A stretch of 63,865 nt of DNA, the filler included, from Octopus bimaculoides (taxonomy: Eukaryota): assembly GCF_001194135.2 (NCBI RefSeq). It is 9 parts of 8 records of this genome, joined end to end, with 100 filler letters (N's around TTAATTAATTAA, not from the genome) between each part and the next. Parts side by side here need not be neighbours in the genome. Positions count along the whole stretch, not along the records: positions 46,503 to 55,979 come from NC_068982.1; positions 56,080 to 60,779 come from NC_068990.1; positions 60,880 to 62,466 come from NC_068981.1; positions 62,567 to 63,865 come from NC_069003.1; 5 more parts are not named here. The stretch is one strand, 5' to 3'. Within the stretch, counting starts at the first letter, position 1. Every line of letters starts with the position of its first letter. Made by a program: the position numbers and the translations under genes. Shown piece by piece: positions 52,091 through 63,865 of the stretch. Below the pieces are notes generated by a model. The model saw only the letters and a list, made by a program, of their open reading frames with translations. It was not told the DNA's origin and did no database searches.

Positions 52091-52547
52091 TAAATACTTC
52101 AATACCTTAGTTTACTATAACTATCATTACATTCAAGATTCAATAAATTACTTATTTAAATGAACTGTACTATATAATTGCCATTACTGTATTAATAAAT
52201 GAAATAACACATGCATCTCACTTATTATTGTTATATAATAAACAAACACAAATTCATGTATGAAATTGATATTTTTTTCTACTTCAATTATTACATATTT
52301 TTCTCTTATAAAAATACACACACATACAGGAGGAGTAAATTATATATATTATAATACTTTAAATGTGGCTCCCGAGAAACAGCAATATATACATATATAT
52401 GTATGTATACGTGTATGCATGTATATGTATGTTTATGTATATCTACTTGTATGTATGTGTGTGTGTGTATATATGTAGGAATATGAAATAAAATAAGGTT
52501 AACAAATGGATCAACTGGGCCGCCTGAAGCATGAAAACGTTAACTCT

Positions 52548-52559
52548 GATGACGTCATC
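52548..52559. promoter_or_regulatory. Extended CRE/ATF palindrome GATGACGTCATC (motif only)
   Basis: Sequence match within a CpG-containing non-repeat island. Confidence 0.25.
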
Positions 52560-52710
52560 GGCGCATGATTGCATTGAAGCGATTCGGTTCGACTGTTGAC
52601 CTACTAACCTGGTTGTCGGGCTATCAATGGGACTGTAAGCCGGGTGCAATTTCATAGTGAAACAATGTGTGCGCGCGCATGTGTGTACGTTGCGCATATG
52701 TCTGTGTGCG

Positions 52711-52758
<48 letters not shown>

Positions 52759-53379
52759 GTAGTGACAACATATAGTGATATTGTATAGTGATATATTGTG
52801 CATCTTAGATTTCTAGGACGAAGGTTATGTGAAAGCAGGGGATGAGCTACAAAGAGGATAGACTGACGTAAACCTAGCTTACAGATAACTCAATACACAC
52901 ACACACACACACACACACATTATATATACAGAGAGAGAGAGAGAGAAAGAGAGAAATTGAGGTTATGAGGGGTAATGGTGTCAAGAAGACCCAAAGGTGT
53001 CAGGTAGTGCTGAGTAAGTGCCATGGACAAACTATAGTTAAGCTCCAGGTTCGGTGATTATGCGAATGGATCATGCTTATGTTTTTTTAGGGTGTCTGGG
53101 GGTAGTGCTATCTATGTTTTTAGATAAAGGAGTGCTATCTATATTTTTGGAGTGTGGAGGTGGGTGGCAAGGCCTCTTGTTGTTAGCTGTTTTATTTGTT
53201 TCGGGTTTTGACCTAGTGTTACATGTATGTGTCAGGAGTCTAGGTTGCCTAGGTGTAAGACCTTCCAGGGTTCTATCAACGAGTGTATGTGGTTGGTTGC
53301 GATCGTGATGGCTAGTGTTTGTTTGAGATGTGATTTGAGTATACATTGTTTGAGCCTGATGTAATGGATGTATTCCATC

Positions 53380-54290
53380 CGTTGGGAAAAGCCGCAGACG
53401 GTCTATTCTGTGGTACACACCCCCATTCTCACATAACGTTAAGAACTTAGCTAAATCCTTCTTTAAAATACTAGACTCTAACTTCCCTCGGCAACATAAA
53501 TACCATTCTATTTTTAATCGATCCACCCTGAAACTATCTTATTCTACCCTCACCCAATTTAGAATCTATTGTAGCAGCCTCTAATAAGCAAAAGCTTTCT
53601 CTTTACTATCAAAACTCACATAATTACAACTCTAGTCATACGAACACTCAACACACGCACAGCTCCGGCACAGATACCCTTACATTAGACCACAACCACA
53701 AACCAAGCTATCCTACTGACACTGCCCGGAACACCACCATAATCGCTACCACCCTTACAAATAGTACAATTAATAACAACAATAGTAATAATAACAATGA
53801 TGGTAATGATAACGTTAATACTACTATTAATCTAGACTCTTCACCCGCTTCTCTAACCTCACCTCTGACAATATTACCTCCTCCATCCCTGAACACAATC
53901 TCCAAAATTCACCCACTTGTAACTGCCGTCATGGAACCACCTACCCGTTACAAACCCATTGCAGAAGATATAATGTAATTTACAAATGCAACTCAATATA
54001 CATATACATAGGATCGACCAAAATTTTAAGCAACGATATGCCGCTCACCTCCATTCTTTTAGATACGATAAACATAGTAAATCTACAACACTCGCCAACC
54101 ACAGACATCATCTCAACAATACAAATATACCCTATACTCTATCATGGTCCATACTGGATTCAGGGCTTCCCTACTGAGCTCAACGCTCAAACTGCAAGCT
54201 TTTCCTGAAGGAGGCGCTTCACATATTAAAGCACAACTCTCCAACACTGCTAAATAAACATAATGAGGCACTAAGCACTTGCAACCACTG
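53380..54290 (+). pseudogene. Penelope-like element C-terminal region with GIY-YIG endonuclease
   Basis: RRSILWYTPPFSHNVKNLAKSFFKILDSNFP..HKYHSIFNRSTLKLSYS; CNCRHGTT(Y)PLQTHC; VIYKC..IYIGST; FKQRYAAHLHSF; STTLANH; LLNKHNEALSTC. Confidence 0.85.
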
Positions 54291-54698
54291 CTTTTTTCAC
54301 ACATTCAAATTCTACCACAAATCCAAATGCCTAAATGGCTATACAGTATATTGCCATAATACCCCTTAGGTAATCCCAATAACCTTATAAATCTACATTT
54401 TAACTCTTAATCCTTATCTAATTCCTCTTTCATACTTGAATATCACAATCGTTAAATTGTATTTGTATGTATATGCGTACGTATGTACATGTATGTGTGT
54501 GTGTCTGTTTGTATGTATGTATGTATGTAAGGTGTATATACCTGCGCGTGCAGGGGTGATAATACATACAGATACACGTATATATGGGTGTGCATATATA
54601 GATATACATATGAGTACGTGTTGTATGTGTAAGCGTTTATGTGTATAAATATCTATATACATGTTTAATATATGCATGTGTATACATCTTCACATATA

Positions 54699-55979
54699 CC
54701 GTAAATCCTCGAGTATAATCCCCATTTTCCCCCAAAATTTAAAGGTCAAAATCCCTTTTGTGCGTACGATATACGAGGTTAAAAATGAAAAATATTTTCT
54801 AAGCAATGTCCGAGTCTCTTGTCTGCTGCCCGGCAATGTTTATTCAGACGCATTTTGTGATGTCTGCCGCGAGAATACCTTAAGCTAAGCCTGAAAGCAA
54901 TGAAGTCATAAAAGAATCATCCATAACTTGCAGTAAGCAACATTTATTGAAATAAAAAGTATTTAGATCACAGAATAACATGCAACAAAAACAATTAGCA
55001 AAACATATTTACATTCCCATATAACAGTTAACAACATTACCATTATTGTATTACGCATGCGCGGAAGTGTTTGTTCGACTAGGTGCTGCTGGTTTAATTG
55101 CACACGAATCGTGCTTAATAGTTTAGCGCTAAATAGTTCATCGTGCTCTTTGTATTGGCAATTTGCATCATTACCGTGGCAAGCAAAAGATACTTAATTA
55201 AATACCAGTATTGAATGTTTGAACTACTGTGGGTCTTTACTAGGGTTTTTTATAAGCGGGACTTAAACCTGAACATTAATCTCCAATAAAACATTTTATG
55301 CATTACAGGCCCATAAAATGCCTCGTAGATCTTATTCAGCTATGTTTAAACTTGAAGTTATATCATATGCTGAAGAGCATGGTAATAGGGCCGCCGGAGG
55401 AAAATTTGATGTTGACGACCTGACTTTGATATGCAAATGGATCGCGTATGCATGGAATGAACTTGATCCCCATATTATTGTGAAAAGTTTTATCAAATGT
55501 TGTATATCGTCTGCACTGGATGGTACTCGGGATGACGTTGTATGGAAAGATGAAATAAATGAAAGTGAATCTTCTGATGTTGACTCTGAATCTGACGATG
55601 ACGGAGATTTACACTACAATGATGCTGACATGTTTACAGAACAACAAATGGAACAGTTGTTATTTGATGCTGAAAGTGACGTGGAATTTGAAGGATTTGA
55701 ATAAATGTTTTTGCTTTTGTAACTGATAGTGATAAATATGTGAAAGGCAATTTACTTAATATTTATTTTTCACTGACGTTATTACTGTTATTTCTTTATT
55801 TTCTGCAAACAAAGTGCACAAAAAAGCTACACGTTTGCATTATGTTATATATACAATAATAATAAAGGACGTTATCGTATATATGTTTACAAATCAAAGA
55901 CGTTATATAGACCTCTTTGACTGAAGTTAGAGAAGGGGTGCGTATTATACACAAGGTTTAGGTTTTTCAGTAGTACAGC
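54699..55979 (+). mobile_element. Tc2/pogo-like DNA transposon, internally deleted; right end in gap
   Basis: TA|ccgtaaatcctcgagtataatc TIR; ORF 55318-55704 fuses RRSYSAMFKLEVISYAEEHGNRAAG (Brinker-type HTH start) to WIAYAW..L....IVKSF.KCCIS..LDG..DD and terminal SDVEFEGFE. Confidence 0.8.
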
Positions 55980-56444
55980 NNNNNNNNNNNNNNNNNNNNN
56001 NNNNNNNNNNNNNNNNNNNNNNNTTAATTAATTAANNNNNNNNNNNNNNNNNNNNNNNNNNNNNNNNNNNNNNNNNNNNTATATATATATATATATATAT
56101 ATATTCACACACGCGCGCGCACAGACACACACACACACATATCAAAATGCGATTCAGGGACCGGATTGTAGCAAGCTGGTAAACTTCAGCCAGCATGTAG
56201 CATATATAGAGAACAAAAACTGGACTGTGTACGGTAAGGAATAATGACAATTTATTGGTATCGAGTTTGATACACTTTCTCCCCATAACGAAGTTATGAG
56301 GAAATATACTACATATATACATATATATAAATAAATAAATAAATAGCAGCAATTCATCCGCTTTTACTTCTCCGGTTCAAATTCCGCCGCGTGCGTGCAT
56401 ATGTGTAAAATGTTTATCGAATTTTCTATTATCTATTTTACCAG

Positions 56445-56536
56445 GACTAATATTAACGGTGATGTTCCAGAAACCGAAGAAACTGGAACGAAGAGGGAGT
56501 GTATTGAGTGTAACTGAAGACCAGTCCGAGCCCTGA
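56445..56536 (+). CDS. Candidate terminal coding exon (G)LILTVMFQKPKKLERRGSVLSVTEDQSEP*; possibly the C-terminus of an MFS transporter
   Basis: Strong acceptor ttttctattatctattttaccag; phase-1 frame to TGA at 56534-56536; AATAAA at 56578-56583; hydrophobic start resembles the end of TM12. Confidence 0.4.
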
Positions 56537-56756
56537 CAAATCCTGTTCATTATGACCAGAAAGACCAACGCAAGATAAATAAATGCTTCATTCACATGTA
56601 GAGATATCCATATGAATGTATGTTATGCACCGAGCTCAAAAGAGTGCTAGGAGATACAAGCCATGTTACTAGCATCTGCCATTTTAATGTACTTTAATGT
56701 ATGAATATCAAATTGTTAGTAACTCTTTTGTAATTGTTTATATCAAATAATATATA

Positions 56757-57643
56757 CACGTGGTCTGATAAATAAGTATCTGGACTGTTTCTATAGTAAC
56801 AAAGCTAAAGCATGCAGAGTGTAGCCGCTAAGCACAGATTGAGCTTGAACTCTGCTGTGCATGCGCATTACCTTTTAACGTTCTAGCTCAATTCTGCTGT
56901 TTACGGCAGTGCTTGGAAGGTAGGTGTGTAGCATGTGGTCGTTGAATTGACTACAACAGAGGAAGTTGAGAAAAAAATCTGCATCAAATTATGCCAAATG
57001 TTTGGTGATATCTGCTCAGAGGCCTACGCAAAGTTTTCAAAAAGTTCCATCGTTCACGACACATTGAAGAAGGTGTTATGCAGCTGAAACCAGAGTGTCT
57101 TTTCGGTCAAGTGAAAGCAGTTTTGGCACAAACTTGGCAAACACACGTTTCATACCTAAATCGTCAGGAGTAATGGACTGAACTGAACCGTAATTAATCT
57201 GCATATCCTCTGATAACTCACGGATGGTCAATTTCCCCTCAGAGCTGCAGGCATATCTGCGATGTTTCTCTCAGTTCTGCTGGCTGCGGGTCTCCCAGAA
57301 AGTTCGTCAATATCGGCATTTTTTCGACCATCATGGAAACAGCTGAACCACTCGTACACTTGTATGCGGCACATACACTCTTCTCCGTACACTTTCTGCA
57401 ACTCTGCGTTGGCCTCTGAGTAGGTATCATCATAACAACTTTTTCATGCTCAATGAGATGATCACACGCTGCACACCTTCCCTCCAAGCACTACTGTAAG
57501 CAGCAAAAGTGAGCTAGAACGATAAAACTAAGTTTGTATGCACAGTGGCGTTCAAGGTCAATCTGTGCGAAGCAGCTTCACTCTGTGTGCTTTAGCTTCG
57601 TTACTATGACAACAGTCCGGATACTTGTTGATCAGACACTGTG
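56757..57643. mobile_element. Mariner derivative built from two inverted 5' ends
   Basis: ~250-bp diverged inverted arms (cacgtggtctgat..aagtatctggactg / cagtccggatacttg..atcagacactgtg); minus frame LQKVYGEECMCRIQVYEWF..F.DGR..SGRP..TIRELSE..SVQSI..DLGMKRVFAKFVPKLL; plus arm KICIKLC....SEAYAK. Confidence 0.85.
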
Positions 57644-57656
57644 TGTGTGCGCGTAC

Positions 57657-57687
<31 letters not shown>

Positions 57688-57768
57688 TATGTGAGTAACA
57701 AAGATGTACAGGTGTCAATTCATTACGGCCGTTTCAAGCGACTCTTTTAATTGATTAATGAAATGGTA

Positions 57769-57800
<32 letters not shown>

Positions 57801-58006
57801 GTATGTATGTAGGTATGCATGTATGTATGTATGCATGTATGCATCTGTGTGTGTGTGTGTGTATGTATGTATGCATGTATGCATCTGTGTGTGTGTGGGG
57901 TGTATGTGTGAGTGTGTGTGTGTGTGTGCGTGTGTACGTTTGACAGGTTGTGGTCGGTCAGATCGAAAGGAATCTGCAACAGAACAAAAACCTTGAACGA
58001 ACTAAG

Positions 58007-58088
58007 CCAAACATGTAACATGTAACCAAGCATGTAACCAAACATGTAACCAAGCAAGTAACCAAACATGTAACCAAGCATGTAACCA
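58007..58088. repeat. 12-bp minisatellite alternating aaacatgtaacc / aagcatgtaacc
   Basis: About 6.5 units with a 24-bp higher-order alternation. Confidence 0.9.
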
Positions 58089-58381
58089 CATTAAATGTTA
58101 CCTTTCCATAAATAGAATGAATATTTCTTGCTGCTTCCAATGTTGAAGAGTCACTTTTGAATTCCTACGGCAAACCATATCTGATACGAGTTTGATCTAA
58201 ACTCATTTTGAATGCAAAGTTTAAAATTGGTGCGAATCTAAGCACGGTGGTATGACGAAATCTCCAAAGAAAGAAAGAAAACATTAGGAAGTAAAAATTA
58301 ATGCCTATTTTTTCTGTAAGTTTTGGAAACATACCCTTAAAGTGATCAGATCAAAACTGCGACAGGACTTTCTTTCCAACT

Positions 58382-58423
<42 letters not shown>

Positions 58424-58505
58424 TCGTATGTGTGTGAGTGTATGCGCGCGTGTGAGTACGTATGTACGTATATGTTTATATAAGATATATATGAGTGTGT
58501 GTGTA

Positions 58506-58562
<57 letters not shown>

Positions 58563-59597
58563 AAATATTTATTCCCACTTAAATGTGGATTTTAACAAAT
58601 TTTACTGTTGTACATACCATGAAACGAACTCTCATATTGGCGTTTGGTGCAAAATGCACGTTTCTTTATATCACTCGCGGGGAGATAGATCCCCACCAAA
58701 TCCAGCACCAAGACAACCTGATCACGTAATTTCATCCTTCCTTGGTTTCATCGATGATGGATGCTCAACTTTTAGACAAAGCTGCGACTCATATCCCCGC
58801 ACGCACCATATAGACAATTAGTGCTTGTATATATATATTTGATATCATAGAAACTTTCAGAGCGTGAATAAAATATTTTTAACGGTAAAACTCCAAGTAG
58901 AATAGCAATAAGTCTATAACTAAATGCGTGTGCATATTGTTATGAACCACGTGGAATTCAACCGTTAAATATGAATTTATACATATATATATATACACTT
59001 ATATGTATATACATATATATATATATATATATANNNNNNNNNNNNNNNNNNNNNNNNNNNNNNNNNNNNNNNNNNNNNNNNNNNNNNNNNNNNNNNNNNN
59101 NNNNNNNNNNNNNNNNNNNNNNNNNNNNNNNNNNNNNNNNNNNNNNNNNNNNNNNNNNNNNNNNNNNNNNNNNNNNNNNNNNNNNNNNNNNNNNNNNNNN
59201 NNNNNNNNNNNNNNNNNNNNNNNNNNNNNNNNNNNNNNNNNNNNNNNNNNNNNNNNNNNNNNNNNNNNNNNNNNNNNNNNNNNNNNNNNNNNNNNNNNNN
59301 NNNNNNNNNNNNNNNNNNNNNNNNNNNNNNNNNNNNNNNNNNNNNNNNNNNNNNNNNNNNNNNNNNNNNNNNNNNNNNNNNNNNNNNNNNNNNNNNNNNN
59401 NNNNNNNNNNNNNNNNNNNNNNNNNNNNNNNNNNNNNNNNNNNNNNNNNNNNNNNNNNNNNNNNNNNNNNNNNNNNNNNNNNNNNNNNNNNNNNNNNNNN
59501 NNNNNNNNNNNNNNNNNNNNNNNNNNNNNNNNNNNNNNNNNNNNNNNNNNNNNNNNNNNNNNNNNNNNNNNNNNNNNNNNNNNNNNNNNNNNNNNNN

Positions 59598-60115
59598 CGA
59601 AGCAACTCAATATGAAAGTAGAAGGACTCCAGAGATCAATGATGAGAAAGATAAACAGCATGAGAGGCATTGATTATTGGGGTCGACTAAAAAATTCAAT
59701 CTCTATCTCCAACGCCACCGGGAGCGCTACCTTATTTGTGTTATGTGGAAAATATTCCATCAATATTGCACAAATGATGTTGGCATCAATTTTAAAATCA
59801 AGCCAAGACTTGGCCCCCGAGCTATCCGTCCACTACAAAAATCGAACTCGGTACGCATAGCAACATTACGTCACAATTATTTTACCTCAACCGGTCCAAA
59901 CGGATCCCATAAAATTCAAATTTTCACCGGACAAATTTCTTCCAAATATCCCGGACCAACCTCCTACACACGGATATGTCCCCAACAATAATAACTCTTT
60001 GCTAACGTTGGCTACGGTACCCCATATATGACTATAAGACTTCACCAGGTGGCGCTATTGAGTTAGACATGACCTGAGCTTATTATACTGGCCGAAACCT
60101 ATCAATATAGTCAAA
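59598..60115 (+). pseudogene. CR1/L2-like LINE RT C-terminus and 3' UTR
   Basis: KVEGLQRSMMRKI..M.GIDYWGRLK.FNLY.LQRHRERYLICVMWKI; frameshifts. Confidence 0.8.
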
Positions 60116-60220
60116 GTTATATATATATTCACACATACATGTATAAATTAACACGTGCAAACATATGCCAGCAGCGTACGTCAACAGGTTTCATGTATAA
60201 ATCGTCGTCATCATCATCAT

Positions 60221-60253
<33 letters not shown>

Positions 60254-60518
60254 TGTCTTCGTCATCGAGTATATTGATTAAGTGATTAAACTTTTTTTTT
60301 TATCATAGTCAGTGTACTTGAAAATAAAGTAGGCCATCATGCGTTCAGAATGAAGAGAGATAAAAAGCTGAATAATAATATCAATATAGTTCAGTCCATG
60401 GAATATACGTCCGTAAGTTAGTCATGCACAACAACAATGGAAAAAATTAGGTTCATTAATTAGATCAAATTATTAGTAGTTGTAGTATTAGTATTATTGC
60501 ACCTTTAATTAATTAACG

Positions 60519-60645
60519 ATGGACACTAAATCCGAAGTTGCTGCTGATAAAACGCAATCAGAAAGAAAGCCGTCTTGGAGATTCTTTCTCACCTTTCTCG
60601 GGATTACAATACTTCATCTAAGTCTTGGAGCCTCGTTTATTGTAG
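60519..60645 (+). CDS. First coding exon of an MFS transporter, oxalate:formate antiporter (OFA)-like; the gene continues beyond the visible exons
   Basis: ATG 60519 encodes MDTKSEVAADKTQSERKPSWRFFLTFLGITILHLSLGASFIV(G); TM1 with the HLSLG motif typical of invertebrate OFA-like proteins; donor G|GTGAGA (phase 1); upstream GTAAGT at 60413 may mark a 5' UTR intron. Confidence 0.65.
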
Positions 60646-60661
60646 GTGAGATCCATTAAAC

Positions 60662-60735
<74 letters not shown>
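60662..60735. repeat. (TAT)n microsatellite at the start of the MFS intron
   Basis: Direct inspection. Confidence 0.95.
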
Positions 60736-60737
<2 letters not shown>

Positions 60738-60879
60738 GTTCAGTAGTTTTATTTTTATAACGTGTTTTCACTTCACTACNNNNNNNNNNNNNNNNNNNNN
60801 NNNNNNNNNNNNNNNNNNNNNNNTTAATTAATTAANNNNNNNNNNNNNNNNNNNNNNNNNNNNNNNNNNNNNNNNNNNN

Positions 60880-60930
<51 letters not shown>

Positions 60931-60934
<4 letters not shown>

Positions 60935-61144
60935 GTTTCAAATTTTGGCGCAAGGCCAGCAACTTCGGGGACGGGGTAAATCGAATACATCGACTCCAAT
61001 TTTCAACTGGTACTTACTTTATCAACCCCAAAAGGATACAAGGCAAAATCGACCACAACAGAATTTTAACTCTGAGCGTAAAGGCAGACGAAATGCCGCT
61101 AAGCATTTTGCCCGGCGTGCTAACAATTCTGCCAGCTCGTCGCC
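60931..61144 (-). mobile_element. SINE-A, near full length
   Basis: gccgctaagcattttgcccggcgtgctaacaattctgccagctcgtcgcc head; (AAT)n at the tail. Confidence 0.8.
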
Positions 61145-61177
61145 CTAGAAAACAAAGAAAATACCCTGAAACAGTAC

Positions 61178-61667
61178 CAGGCAGTGGCTCTCATGGATTC
61201 TTATCTGAATCTAATGGAAATGCTAAAATGAATGTACATGTTTTGTCTTGGTGTAAAAGACGGGCTACAGCATATATACTGTCCAATACCGCAGATTTGC
61301 TTGTCAGTTGCTTGACCATAACCTGTTGAGCGTTCCCTTATTGTCTGATGATATGTGCATATCACGAGCAGGAGTACTGGGGGAGCAACGTAGCCATGTG
61401 ATGAGAGGAATTCTTTAGGGTTTGAATAATTCACTTCTGCAAACATGGGTGTTTCGTTCAACATCCTTAAACGACCCTTATTCAAGGACGTTTTGAGATG
61501 AATGGGCTACTCGACTTGAAGAATATTCTAACTGGGGCCCGCCTGCAAGGACATACGCTGTTTATCTTGATTTGAGATCACCATGTCGCGCATATATAGT
61601 TGTGGTGAACGTGCCTAGTTTACCTTTATCAGACGGTTAGTCATGATGGATATCTTGGGCGCCGTAT
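61178..61667 (+). mobile_element. Family C repeat, second copy
   Basis: Homolog of 13340-13838. Confidence 0.75.
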
Positions 61668-62396
61668 TGGTAATTATTTCGAACTAACTGCAGTAATTTC
61701 TGAGAGACCAGAGGTGGCACACAATACAATCAAACAAATAAACATGAAAACCGAGGCACCTCGTAATTATCTTTTTGCTTGGATATGCTATTGGAGTCAT
61801 GTACTGATGAGTTTCTCTTCAAAATCATAAATGGAGATAAAATAGTCGTGTAGGTAAGAATTTCGTGTGTTATGGCGCAGTCTCCGGTTCTATCTCACAG
61901 AACAGCACTTTGCAAGTATTTTCTACTGTACCGCAGGTTGAACAACGCTTTGTCGGTAAAATTTGATAGACTGAAACTTAGCAGTGCGTTGTATGTAGAT
62001 ATTATATGTATAGGAACATTGCAGTTTTGTAGGCTGAAGCGAAATGCTTGCTAGACTAACTTTATGTTTATCTAACAGGGCTATTAATGCAAGACTAAAA
62101 GCAAAAACATTCTGGCAAGTTCTAATAAAAGAGAAAATGCACTGAGGTCACGTGATAAGAATGCACCAGGGTTTGAAATCATGCAGATGGGAATATTTGA
62201 TATAAATGACTGTACATACACGAGCGCGCACGCTCACACACACAAACACACACATCACCATTTTTGCCATAAGAGAGATATTTTCTCCTCGGTAAATGCA
62301 GTGAATTCGCTTTCAAAAGTCGAAATATGTCACAAAGATATGTTTGTTCATGTCTCTGTGTGTGCGTGCTCACGCACACTCATGCTTACACATACA

Positions 62397-62428
<32 letters not shown>

Positions 62429-62868
62429 CACATTTACATATATGAACATGTATATATATATATATANNNNNNNNNNNNNNNNNNNNNNNNNNNNNNNNNN
62501 NNNNNNNNNNTTAATTAATTAANNNNNNNNNNNNNNNNNNNNNNNNNNNNNNNNNNNNNNNNNNNNTATCATGTAAATAGGCAGATTCAGATAGATATGG
62601 CTATAGATGTCTATGTTTATGCATGTATGTAAATATATGTATATCTCATGTATATATGTATGTATATCTGTCTGAACGTAAACCATAATTCAAGGATTTT
62701 CTTCATATGTTGTAGATGCAGAGTCCTTATCTCTTTTTTGAACTATACACACAGACATTCAGGCATAATGCATACACATATATGCATATGCACACACACA
62801 CACACATACACACACACATACACACGCATAAATATATATATATGCATGTATGTATGTATATATGTATG

Positions 62869-62899
<31 letters not shown>

Positions 62900-62914
62900 A
62901 TATGTATGTGTGTA

Positions 62915-63146
62915 GGTGCAGGAGTGACTGTGTGGTAAGTAGCATGCTTACCAACCACATGGTTCCGGGTTCAGTCCCACTGCGTGGCATCTTGGGCAAG
63001 TGTCTTCTACTATAGCCTCGGGCCGACCAAAGCCTTGTGAGTGGATTTGGTAGACGGAAACTTGACAACCGATGCTGGTGTGTTTACGTCCCCGTTACCT
63101 AGCGGTTCGGCAAAAGAGACCGATAGAATAAGTACTAGGCTTCCAA
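62915..63146 (+). mobile_element. SINE-B lacking the internal microsatellite
   Basis: Head runs ...ggtagacggaaac directly into ttgacaaccgatgctgg... (deletion junction at ~63061). Confidence 0.85.
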
Positions 63147-63229
63147 NNNNNNNNNNCACACACACATATGTATATACATCTGTCTATCTGTCTGCCGACC
63201 TGCCTGCCTGCCTGCCAGCCAGCCTCCCT

Positions 63230-63279
63230 TCCTCTCTGCCTATCTGTCTATCTATCCATCTAACTGTCTGTCTCTGTCC

Positions 63280-63331
<52 letters not shown>

Positions 63332-63372
63332 GTCTGTCTGTCTGTCTTTCTGTCTGTCTGTCTATATATCTA
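63230..63372. repeat. (TATC)n/(TGTC)n microsatellite
   Basis: Direct inspection. Confidence 0.9.
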
Positions 63373-63865
63373 TCTTTTGACAGACATACAGATAAACAGA
63401 CGAATAGAGAGATAGATACAAGTTGTCTCTTGTTCAAATTCCAAAGGTGTTATTCAGCTTGCCACCCAAGAATGACCCATCACTTTCAGATTTTTGTACT
63501 TGCGATTAAACCACACCCACACACACACGCCCACACACACACACTCAAACCAACAAACAAGGAAAGAAACAAACATACACGGACTCACATATAGTGCCAT
63601 TCCCAAACTTCACTATGTCATTTGGTACGCCGGTCATCTTGAAGCTTCCAAAATTTTAATATCTAATTTACAGCTTTAATTAGAAAATTATCTCTTTCGC
63701 GTAACATCACGCAACAGATGAGAGCAATTTTTTCTTTCTTTATTTCAATATTGGAATATGATTTGTTCCATTTTTTTTTCTGTCTTTCAACCAAACCATT
63801 TTCTTTCTTTTTTTTCCTTTTTTTATTCTTCCATATTTTACGTAATCGTCATTCCAGGTTGTCAA

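Noticed and set aside
58007-58088. CRISPR-like array
   Set aside because: Eukaryotic DNA; contiguous tandem units with no spacers and no cas genes
61745-61860. Second MFS exon or degenerate paralog (MKTEAPRNYLFAWICYWSHVLMSFS; donor GTAAGA at ~61855)
   Set aside because: An in-frame stop precedes the donor and the expected GN..PY motif is absent; exon 2 was not found in the window

Overview
Eukaryotic (animal) genomic scaffold, AT-rich, with many N gaps. It is dominated by microsatellites and transposable-element relics. The SINE families and the N44-TTAATTAATTAA-N44 gap linkers suggest an Octopus assembly (inferred from recognition, not from a database search). TE content: two tRNA-derived SINE families (here SINE-A and SINE-B, about 25 fragments); two R4/Dong-like RLE LINEs; two RTE LINEs; CR1-like EN and RT fragments; at least three Penelope-like elements (PLEs) with C-terminal GIY-YIG plus recurrent PLE-associated terminal repeats; Helitron ends; mariner, Tc1, Tc2/pogo, hAT and Merlin-like non-autonomous elements. 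No TE ORF is intact. Best host-gene evidence: a first coding exon of an oxalate:formate-antiporter-like MFS transporter at 60519-60645 (+), and a possible terminal exon of an upstream paralog at 56445-56536. No rRNA, true tRNA or CRISPR array is present, and nearly all long ORFs in the track are microsatellite or N artefacts. I cannot support a clearly new biological system. The most promising leads are a covarying pseudoknot-capable RNA motif in the PLE terminal repeat, Merlin-like elements carrying telomere-like repeats, near-perfect inverted SINE pairs (possible ADAR substrates) and candidate exons including a 24-nt microexon. All coordinates were read by hand; TE boundaries are approximate unless TIRs or TSDs are quoted.
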